64,000 nucleotides of DNA from Octopus sinensis (taxonomy: Eukaryota), in NCBI RefSeq assembly GCF_006345805.1, contig NC_043025.1, positions 16,802,001 to 16,866,000 of the forward strand, given 5' to 3'. The notes under the pieces were generated by a model that saw only the letters and a program-made list of their open reading frames with translations, searched no databases and was not told the origin of the DNA. Below are positions 1-10,400 of this stretch, piece by piece. Positions within the stretch are counted from its first letter, which is position 1; each line of letters starts with the position of its first letter. Made by a program: the position numbers and the translations under genes.

Positions 1-2512
1 GTAAGAGAGATATATGTATACATACATACACACACACACACACACATATAGAGTAAGAGAGATATATGTATACATACATACACACACACACAAACACATA
101 TAGAGTAAGAGAGATATATGTATACATACATACACACACACACACATATAGAGTAAGAGAGATATATGTATACATACATACACACACACACATATAGAGT
201 TAGAGAGATATATGTATACATACATACACACACACACACATATAGAGTAAGAGAGATATATGTATACATACATACACACACACAAAAAACACATATAGAG
301 TAAGAGAGATATATGTATACATACATACACACACACATATAGAGTTAGAGAGATATATGTATACATACATACACACACACACACATATAGAGTTAGAGAG
401 ATATATGTATACATACATACACACACACCACATATATATGTAGAGAGATATATGTATACATACATACCACACATATAGAGTTAGAGAGATATATGTATAC
501 ATACACACACACCACACATATAGAGTTAGAGAGATATATGTATACATACATACACACACATATAGAGTTAGAGAGATATATGTATCATACTACACACACA
601 CACATATAGAGTTAGAGAGATATATGTATACATACATACACACCTATAGAGTTAGAGAGATATATGTATATATACATACACACACACACACATATAGAGT
701 TAGAGAGATATATGTATACATACATACACACACATATAGAGTTAGAGAGATATATGTATACATACATACACACACACACACATATAGAGTTAGAGAGATA
801 TATGTATACATACATACACACACACACATATAGAGTTAGAGAGATATATGTATACATACATACACACACACACAAACACATATAGAGTAAGAGAGATATA
901 TGTATACATACATACACACACACACACATATAGAGTAAGAGAGATATATGTATACACATACACACACACAACATATAGAGTAAGAGAGATATGTATACAT
1001 ACATACACACACACCCACAAACACAATAGAGTAAGAGAGATATATGTATACATACATACACACACACACAAACACATATAGAGTAAGGAGATATATGTAT
1101 ACATACATACACACACACATATAGAGTAAGAGAGATATATGTATACATACATACACACACACACATATAGAGTTAGAGAGATATATGTATACATACATAC
1201 ACACACACAACACATATAGAGAAAGAGAGATATATGTATACATACATACACACACACACAAACACATATAGAGTAAGAGAGATATATGTATACATACATA
1301 CACACACACACAAACACATATAGAGTAAGAGAGATATATGTATACATACATACACACACACACACATATAGAGTAAGAGAGATATATGTATACATACATA
1401 CACACACACACACATATAGAGTAAGAGAGATATATGTATACATACATACACACACACACACATATAGAGTAAGAGAGATATATGTATACATACATACACA
1501 CACACACAAACACATATAGAGTAAGAGAGATATATGTATACATACATACACACACACAAACACATATAGAGTAAGAGAGATATATGTATACATACATACA
1601 TACACACACACATATAGAGTAAGAGAGATATATGTATACATACATACACACACACACACATATAGAGTTAGAGAGATATATGTATACATACATACACACA
1701 CACACACATATAGAGTTAGAGAGATATATGTATACATACATACACACACACACACATATAGAGTTAGAGAGATATATGTATACATACATACCCACACATA
1801 TAGAGTTAGAGAGATATATGTATACATACATACAGACACACACACATATAGAGTTAGAGAGATATATGTATACATACATACACACACATATAGAGTTAGA
1901 GAGATATATGTATACATACATACACACACACACACATATAGAGTTAGAGAGATATATGTATACATACATACACACACATATAGAGTTAGAGAGATATATG
2001 TATATATGCATACACACACACACACATATAGAGTTAGAGAGATATATGTATACATACATACACACACATATAGAGTTAGAGAGATATATGTATACATACA
2101 TACACACACACACACATATAGAGTTAGAGAGATATATGTATACATACATACACACACACACATATAGAGTTAGAGAGATATATGTATACATACATACACA
2201 CACATATAGAGTTAGAGAGATATATGTATACATACAATACACACACATATAGTAGTAAGAACAGATATGTGTATACATACATACACCACACACACATATA
2301 AGTAAGAGAGATAATATGTATACATACTAACACACACACACATATAGAAGTAAGAGAGATATATGTATACATACATACAACACACATATAGAGTGTAGAG
2401 TAATATAGTGGATCCTTACATACTACACACACACACACACATATACAGTAAGAGAGATATATGTATACATACACACACACACACACACATATAGAGTAAG
2501 AGAGATATATGT

Positions 2513-2545
<33 letters not shown>

Positions 2546-3271
2546 CATATAGAGTAAGAGAGATATATGTATACATACATACACACACACACACACATAT
2601 AGAGTAAGAGAGATATATGTATACATACATGCATACACACACACACACATATAGAGTAAGAGAGATATATGTATACATACATACACACACATATAGAGTT
2701 AGAGAGATATATGTATACTTACATACACACACACACCACATATAGAGTAAGAGAGATATATGTATACATACACACACACCCACACACACATATAGAGTCA
2801 GAGAGATATATATATAATACATACATACACCCCAAACACATATAGAGTAAGAGAGATATATGTATAGATACATACATACACACACCCACACACATATAGA
2901 GTAAGAGAGATATATGTTATACATACATCCACACACAGCACACATATAGAGTAAGAAGATATATGTATATACATACACACACACACACACACACATATTA
3001 GTAAGAGAGATATATGTATACATACATACACCACCACCACAACACATATAGAGTTAGAGAGATATATGTATACATACATGCATACACACACACACACACA
3101 TATAAGTAAGAGAGATATATGTATACATCCATACACACACACACATATAGAGTTAGAGAGATATATGTATACATTACATACATAGCACACACACACACAC
3201 ATATAGAGTAAGAGAGATATGTATACATACACACACACACACACACACATATAGAGTCAGAGAGATATATT

Positions 3272-3302
<31 letters not shown>

Positions 3303-4485
3303 TATAGAGTAAGAGAGAGATATGTATACATACATACACACACACACACATATAGAGTAAGAGAGATATTGTATATACATACTGCATACACACACACACA
3401 ACACATATAGAGTAAGAGAGATATATGTATACATACATACACACACACATCACACACATATAGAGTAAGAGAGATATATGTAGACATACATGCATACACA
3501 CACACACATATAGAGTAAGAGAGATATATGTATACATACATACACCACACACACATATAGAGTAAGAGAGATATATGTATACATACACACACCACACACC
3601 ACACATATAGAGTAAGGGAGATATATGTATACATACATACACACACACACCCACATAGAGTAAGAGAGATATATGTATACATACATGCATACACACCACC
3701 ACATATAGAGTAAGAGAGATATATGTATACATACATACACACACACACACATATAGAGTAAGAGAGATATATGTATACATACATGCATACATACACACAC
3801 ACATATAGAGTAAGAGAGATATATGTATACATACATACACACACACACACACATATAGAGTAAGAGAGATATATGTATACATACATGCATACACACACAC
3901 ACACATATAGAGTAAGAGAGATATATGTATACATACATACACACACACACACATATAGAGTAAGAGAGATATATGTATACATACACACACACACACACAC
4001 ATATAGAGTCAGAGAGATATATGTATACATACATACACACACACACACACACATATAGAGTAGAGAGATATATGTATACATACATACACACACACACACA
4101 TATAGAGTAGAGAGATATATGTATACATACATGCATACAACACACACACATATAGAGTAAGAGAGATATATATGTATACATACATACACACACACACACA
4201 CATATAGAGTTAGAGAGATATATGTATACATACATACACACACACACACACATATAGAGTAAGAGAGATATATGTATACATACATACACACACACACACA
4301 CATATAGAGTAAGAGAGATATATGTATACATACCTGCATACACACACACACACACATATAGAGTAAGAGAGATATATGTATACATACATGCATACACACA
4401 CACACACACACATATAGAGTAAGAGAGATATATGTATACATACATACACACACACACACACATATAGAGTAAGAGAGATATATGT

Positions 4486-4518
<33 letters not shown>

Positions 4519-4589
4519 CATATAGAGTAAGAGAGATATATGTATACATACATGCACACACACACACACACATATAGAGTAAGAGAGAT
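1..4589. repeat. Compound minisatellite array (Sat1): 34-bp core ATATAGAGT(A/T)AGAGAGATATATGTATACATACAT + (AC)n, unit ~42-60 bp, roughly 90 units, truncated by window start
   Basis: Unit read directly (GTAAGAGAGA at 1 recurs at 53); AC tract length varies per unit; array stops after AAGAGAGAT at 4589. Confidence 0.97.
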
Positions 4590-4628
4590 TTAGAAATTAT
4601 ATGTGGATGGAGGAATATGTAGACAAAC

Positions 4629-4775
4629 AGATAGATTGATAGATATAATGTGGTGTGTGTGCGTGCGTGCGTTTGTGCGTGTGTGTGTGCATGTACTTAC
4701 ATATATTTACATATACATATACACACATACACACATATATAAATGTGTGCGTGCATGTAAATACATTTATATATA
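4629..4775. repeat. Low-complexity mixed microsatellite tract (GATA-like, GT/GCGT, AT/AC)
   Basis: AGATAGATTGATAGAT, GTGTGTGTGCGTGCGTGCGT and ACATATACATATACACACATAC read directly. Confidence 0.8.
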
Positions 4776-4785
4776 GGCGCAGAAG

Positions 4786-4839
4786 TGGCTGTGTGGTAAG
4801 TAGCTTGTTTACCAACCACATGGTTCTGGGTTCAGTCCC
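4786..4839 (+). promoter_or_regulatory. RNA polymerase III internal promoter (A box + B box) of the SINE head
   Basis: TGGCTGTGTGG matches TRGCNNARYGG with one mismatch; GGTTCAGTCCC approximates GGTTCRANYCC; spacing is tRNA-like. Confidence 0.7.
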
Positions 4840-4937
4840 ACTGCGTGGCACCTTGGGCAAGTGTCTTCTACTATAGCCTCGGGCTGACCAAAGCCTTGTG
4901 AGTGGATTTGGTAGACAGAAACTGAAAGAAGCCCATC

Positions 4938-4946
4938 ATATATATG

Positions 4947-4983
<37 letters not shown>

Positions 4984-5000
4984 TTGTGTGTCTGTGTTTG
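4938..5000. repeat. (TA)n(TG)n microsatellite inside the SINE
   Basis: ATATATATG TATATATA...TATG TGTGTGTGTG TGTTTGTGTG read directly. Confidence 0.9.
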
Positions 5001-5214
5001 TCCCCCCAGTATTGCTTGACAACCGATGCTGGTGTGTTTATGTCCCCGTCACTTAGCGGTTCAGCAAAAGAGACTGATAGAATATGTACTGGGCTTACAA
5101 AGAATAAGTCCTGGGGTCGAGTTGCTCGATTAAAGGCAGTGCTCCAGCATGGCCGCAGTCAAATGACTGAAACAAGTAAAAGAGTAAAGAGTAAAGAGTA
5201 TACATATACATTTA

Positions 5215-5226
5215 TGTGTGTGTTTG

Positions 5227-5309
<83 letters not shown>
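5215..5309. repeat. (TG)n microsatellite, ~95 bp, with periodic TTTG interruptions
   Basis: Read directly, immediately 3' of the SINE tail. Confidence 0.95.
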
Positions 5310-5317
5310 TTTTAAGA

Positions 5318-5425
5318 CATGTGACATAGTGGTTAGGGATTTGGCCCTCGTGATCCCAAGGACATGGCTCCAATCCTAGACCAGTGGTTTGTTGTGTTCT
5401 TGAGCAAAACACTCCACCTCACATT
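5318..5425 (+). mobile_element. Degenerate, 3'-truncated tRNA-derived SINE head (second family)
   Basis: A-box-like TGACATAGTGG 5322-5332; degenerate B box GGCTCCAATCC 5366-5376; CORE-like GTTGTGTTCTTGAGCAAAACACT 5391-5413. Confidence 0.6.
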
Positions 5426-5640
5426 ATTCTTCTTGTCCCCTCCCCCGATGCAGGGTACCCCTTGCTCCTGTTCAGACAGTGTTGATTTGCTGGAAAGAGC
5501 AACCAAATGCTGGAGCAACCACGAGTTTTTGATGACTGAAAACAAATCATTTGCAAGGTTTTGTTCAACCAGAAATTCTAGAACCCTCATCTGCCATTTA
5601 TACCAGGAGAGTTCATCTTATAAATACAGATGATCATCAG

Positions 5641-5753
5641 AGACATGGCTGCTTAGCTAAGAAATCTGCTTCACAGCTATCTAAATTGAGATTGATGTCT
5701 AAGTGTATGGCACTTTGGGGACAAGTGTCTTTTACTATAGCCCTGGGGCCAAC
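5641..5753 (+). mobile_element. Old truncated copy of the same SINE family as 4776-5200 (head only)
   Basis: TGGCACTTTGGGGACAAGTGTCTTTTACTATAGCCCTGGGGCCAAC aligns by eye to TGGCACCTTGGGCAAGTGTCTTCTACTATAGCCTCGGGCTGAC at ~4846-4888; ATGGCTGCTTAGCTAAG resembles GTGGCTGTGTGGTAAG. Confidence 0.75.
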
Positions 5754-5767
5754 TGCTCTAGACATAA

Positions 5768-6072
5768 CTAGCAGTATTGCCCGGCGTTGCTCGGGTTTGT
5801 AAGGGAAGTAACTATATAAGCATTTTTAGAGTTACTTCCCTTATATAACCCGAGCAAAAATCATTAAAAATGCGGAAAAATGATGGTAAATTTTTTTTTA
5901 AATCGTAGACTCATCGTAGACGCGCGCTAATACCCAGAAGGGCTCGGTATGAATCACGACTATAAGATACCCGGTTTTGGTTAAACTGCACCACAAAATG
6001 TGGGAGTAGTTAGGAATCTAAATCGGAGGAGACAGAGTCTCACACACACAACTTCAGTTTTATATATAAAGA
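5768..6072 (-). mobile_element. Non-autonomous Helitron (rolling-circle transposon), 305 bp
   Basis: On the minus strand: 5' A|TC (TCTTTATATATAAAAC...), 3' CTAG|T, i.e. inserted between A and T with no TSD. A 16-nt GC-rich hairpin (plus strand CCCGGCGTTGCTCGGG, 5780-5795) ends 12 nt from the 3' terminus, and a short (TG)n lies near the 5' end. These are canonical Helitron1 hallmarks; no RepHel ORF. Confidence 0.8.
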
Positions 6073-6230
6073 TGTACCAATAAACACAAGAACAGGAGTT
6101 GGGGTGAATTGCTGTACTTGAGAAGATGTGTCAAGCTAAGAAAAACCAGTTTTCCATAGATACAGGCTTGTCCCTTCCAGGTGACGATGCTGCATAAAAT
6201 GCACTCATACTGGCGTAGTATACACATACT

Positions 6231-6383
6231 TGTGCCAGTGGCACGTAAAAGGCACCCACTGCCACTCTGTAAAGTGATTGGCTTGAGGAAGGGCATCCTA
6301 GCCATGCAAACCATGCTACAAGAGACGGCTGTAGTCTGGCCAGCTCTGGCTGAGCAGCTCCTGTCAAAACCTCCTACACATGG
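6231..6383 (+). mobile_element. Degenerate retroposon fragment (SINE body / RTE-type 3' region)
   Basis: GTGCCAGTGGCAC hairpin followed by GTAAAAGGCACCCACT...GATTGGCTTGAGGAAGGGCATCCTAGCC resembles, from recall, the GGTTGGCGTTAGGAAGGGCATCCAGC motif of RTE-related SINE tails. Not verified by search. Confidence 0.5.
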
Positions 6384-7499
6384 GTGAGGATTTTCTGAGA
6401 GGTCAAGCTACATCATCTGATTTGAAACCTTGATCAAGGGTTTCTAAGGTTGATACTTCTCAAGAGGAACTGAAGAAAATGATTGCTCTTCTTAAGTTGA
6501 ACATTAACGCAATGAGCCTGCACAGTCTTTAGCCTGTATAATTGTTATCCTGTAGAATCGTTAGCCTACAAAAGAGTAAGCCTCAAGAGTCTTTAGCCTG
6601 AACAATCATTACCCTGTATAATTGTGAGCCTGTTAAATCGTTAGCCTGCAAAATCTTTTAGTTTGCAGAATGGTTAGCCAGTAGAATCATTACACTATAG
6701 TTTCATTAAACTGTAGAATCGTTAGCCTGCAGTAATGTTAGCCTGTAGAATCGTTAGCCTGTAGAATTGTTAGACACTAGAATCATTAGCCTGTAGAATT
6801 GTTAGCTTGCAGAATGGTTAGCCTGTAGAATCATTAGAATATAGTTTCATTAAACTGTAGAATCGTTAGCCTGCAGAAACGTTGGCATGTAGAATCGTTA
6901 GCCTGTAGAATTGTTAGACGCTAGAATCGCTAGCCTGTAGAATTGTAAGCCTGCAGAATCGTTAGCCTGTAGAATTATTAGCCACTAGAATCGTTAGCCT
7001 GTAGAATCGTTAGCCTGTAGAATCGTTAGCCTGTACAATCGGTCACCTGTAGAATTGTAAGCCTGTAGAATCGTTAGCCTGTAGAATTATTAGACACTAG
7101 AATCGTTAGCCTGTAGAATCGTTAGCCTGTAGAATCGTTAGACTGTAGAATCGTTAGCCTATAGAATTGTTAGCCTGTAGAATTGTTAGCCTGTACAATA
7201 GTTAGCCTGTAGAATCATTAGCCTGTAGAATCGTTAGCCTGTAGAATCGGTCATCTGTAGAATTATTAGACACTAGAATGGTTAGCCTGTAGAATCGTTA
7301 GCCTGTAGAATCGTTAGCCTGTAGAATCGGTCATCTGCAGAATTATTAGACGCTAGAATCGTTAGCCTGTAGAATCGTTAGACTGTAGAATTGTTAGCCT
7401 GTAGAATCGTTAACCTGTAGAATTATTAGACACTAGAATCGTTAGCCTGTAGAATCGTTAGCCTGTAGAACTGTTAGCCTGTAAAATTGTTAGCCTGTA

Positions 7500-10400
7500 G
7501 AATCGTTAGCCTGTAGAATCGTTAGCCTGTAGAATCGTTAGCCTGTAGAATCGTTAGACTGTAGAATTGTTAGCCTGTAGAATCGTTAGCCTGTAGAATT
7601 ATTAGACACTAGAATCGTTAGCCTGTAGGATCGTTAGCGGGTAGAATTGTTAGCCTGTAGAATCGTTAGCCTGTAGAATCGTTAGCCTGTAGAATCGTTA
7701 GCCTGTAGAATCGGTCATCTGTAGAATTATTAGACACTAGAATCGTTAGCCTGTAGAATCGTTAGCCTGTAGAATCGTTAGCCTGTAGAATCGTTAGCCT
7801 ATAGAATCAGTCATCTGTAGAATTATTAGACGCTAGAATCGTTAGCCTGTAGAATCGTTAGCCTGTAGAATCGTTAGCCTGTAGAATCTTTAGACTATAG
7901 AATTGTTAGCCTGTAGAATCGTTAACCTGTAGAATTATTAGACACTAGAATCGTTAGCCTGTAGAATCGTTAGCCTGTAGAATTGTTAGCCTGTAGAATT
8001 GTTAGCCTGTAGAATCGTTAGCCTGTAGAATCGTTAGCCTGTAGAATCGTTAGCCTGTAGAATTGTTAGCCTGTAGAATCGTTAGCCTGTATAATTATTA
8101 GACACTAGAATCGTTAGACTGTAGAATCGTTAGCCTGTAGAATTGTTAGCCTGTAGAATCGTTAGCCTGTAGAATCGTTAGCCTGTAGAATCGTTAGCTT
8201 GTAGAATTATTAGACATTAGAATCATTAGCCTGTAGAATCGTTAGCCTGTAGAATCGTTAGCCTGTAGAATCGTTAGCCTGAAGAATTGTAAGCCTGTAG
8301 AATCGTTAGCCTGTAGAATTATTAGACACTAGAATCGTTAGCCTGTAGAATCGTTAGCCTGTAGAATTGTTAGCCTGTAGAATTGTTAGCCTGTAGAAAC
8401 GTTAGCCTGTAGAATCGTTAGCCTGTAGAATCGTTAGCCTGTAGAATCGTTAGCCTGTAGAATTGTTAGCCTGGAGAATCGTTAGCCTGTAGAATTATTA
8501 GACACTAGAATCGTTAGCCTGTAGAATCGTTAGCCTGTAGAATTATTAGACATTAGAATCATTAGCCTGTAGAATCGTTAGCCTGTAGAATCGTTAGCCT
8601 GTAGAATCGTTAGCCTATAGAATCAGTCATCTGTAGAATTATTAGCCTGTAGAATCGTTAGCCTGTAGAATCGTTAGCCTGTAGAATCGTTAGCCTGTAG
8701 AATCGTTAGACTGTAGAATTGTTAGCCTGTAGAATCGTTAAACTGTAGAATTATTAGACACTAGAATCGTTAGCCTGTAGAATCGTTAGCCTGTAGAATT
8801 GTTAGCCTGTAGAATTGTTAGCCTGTAGAATCGTTAGCCTGTAGAATCGTTAGCCTGTAGAATTGTTAGCCTGTAGAATTGTTAGCCTGTAGAATCGTTA
8901 GCCTGTAGAATCGTTAGCCTGTAGAATCGTTAGCCTGTAGAATTGTTAGCCTGTAGAATCGTTAGCCTGTAGAATTATTAGACACTAGAATCTTTAGCCT
9001 GTAGAATCGTTAGCCTGTAGAATTTTTAGCCTGTAGAATCGTTAGCCTGTAGAATCGTTAGCCTGTAGAATCGTTAGCCTGTAGAATCGTTAGCCTGTAG
9101 AATTATTAGACATTAGAATCATTAGCCTGTAGAATCGTTAGCCTGTAGAATCGTTAGCCTGTAGAATCGTTAGACTGTAGAATCGTTAGCCTGAAGAATT
9201 ATAAGGCTGTAGAATCGTTAGCCTGCAAAATTATTAGACACTAGAATCGTTAGCCTGCAGAATCGTTAGCCTGTAGAATCGTTAGCCTGTAGAATCGTTA
9301 GCCTGTAGAATCGTTAAACTGTAGAATTATTAGACACTAGAATCGTTAGCCTGTAGAATCGTTAGCCTGTAGAATTGTTAGCCTGTAGAATCATTAGCCT
9401 GTAGAATCGTTAGCCTGTAGAATCGTTAGCTTGTAGAATCGTTTGCCTGTAGAATCGTTAGCCTGTAGAATCGTTAGCCTGTAGAATCGTTAGCCTGTAG
9501 AATTATTAGACATTAGAATCATTAGCCTGTAGAATCGTTAGCCTGTAGAATCGTTAGCCTGTAGAATCGTTAGACTGTAGAATCGTTAGCCTGAAGAATT
9601 ATAAGGCTGTAGAATCGTTAGCCTGCAGAATTATTAGACACTAGAATCGTTAGCCTGCAGAATCGTTAGCCTGTAGAATTGTTAGCCTGTAGAATCGTTA
9701 GCCTGTAGAATCGTTAGCCTGTAGAATCGTTAACCTGTAGAATTATTAGACACTAGAATCGTTAGACTGTAGAATCGTTAGCCCGTAGAATTGTTAGCCT
9801 GTAGAATCATTAGCCTGTAGAATCGTTAGCCTGTAGAATCGTTAGCCTGTAGAATCGTTAGCCTGTAGAATCGTTAGCCTGTAGAATTGTTAGCCTGTAG
9901 AATCGTTAGCCTGTAGAATTATTAGACACTAGACTCGTTAGTCTGTAGAATCGTTAGCCTGTAGAATTGTTAGCCTGTAGAATCGTTAGCCTGCAGAATC
10001 GTTAGCCTGTAGAATTGTTAGACTGTAGAATCGGTCATCTGTAGAATTATTAGACACTAGAATCGTTAGCCTGTAGAATCGTTAGCCTGTAGAATCGTTA
10101 GCCTGTAGAATCAGTCATCTGTAGAATTATTAGACGCTAGAATCGTTAGCCTGTAGAATCGTTAGCCTGTAGAATCGTTAGCCTGTAGAATCGTTAGCCA
10201 GTAGAATCGTTAGCCTGTAGATTGTTAGCCTGTAGAATCGTTAGCCTGTAGAATCGTTAGCCTGTAGAATCGTTAGCCTGTAGAATCGTTAGACTGTAGA
10301 ATCGTTAGCGTGTAGAATTATTAGACACTAGAATCATTATCCTGTAGAATCATTAGCCTGTAGAATCATTAGCCTGTAGAATCGTTAGACTGTAGAATAG

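Larger units (their letters stand above)
4776..5200 (+). mobile_element. Apparently full-length tRNA-derived SINE (~425 bp) with internal (TA)n(TG)n tract and tandem AGAGTAA(A) tail; resembles an abundant Octopus SINE
   Basis: A box TGGCTGTGTGG 4786-4796; B box GGTTCAGTCCC 4829-4839; CORE-like CACCTTGGGCAAGTG at ~4849-4863; tail AAGTAAAAGAGTAAAGAGTAAAGAGTA at ~5174-5200. A degenerate second copy of the head lies at 5641. Family and taxon are from recall, not a database search. Confidence 0.85.

Noticed and set aside
200-4573. Many long ORFs on both strands (up to 485 aa; CVCVYM and HTHTYR repeats)
   Set aside because: They are translations of Sat1 in overlapping frames; (AC)n/(AT)n lacks stop codons, and AC length changes shift frames freely. 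No domain-like sequence.
4776-4850. tRNA gene
   Set aside because: A and B boxes are present, but they continue into a SINE body and tail, and no convincing cloverleaf is visible.
4761-5215. ATACATTTAT direct repeat (4761-4770 and 5206-5215) as the SINE target-site duplication
   Set aside because: It sits 5 bp away from both element ends and lies in low-complexity AT/AC sequence, so it is not reliable as a TSD.
5902-5921. ATCGTAGAC x2 inside the Helitron resembling Sat2 (AATCGTTAGAC), suggesting Sat2 derives from the Helitron
   Set aside because: Only ~10 bp of similarity and the rest of the unit is unmatched. Helitron-derived satellites are known in other invertebrates, but the evidence here is insufficient.
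5753-6080. Helitron inserted into and splitting the SINE at 5641
   Set aside because: The sequence after 6073 does not resume the SINE body (expected AAAGCCTTGTGAGTGG), so the SINE is simply truncated.
4597-6387. Short ORFs (61-123 aa) across the island
   Set aside because: They overlap SINEs and microsatellites on both strands with no recognisable protein motif. Small spliced exons cannot be strictly excluded, but nothing supports them.
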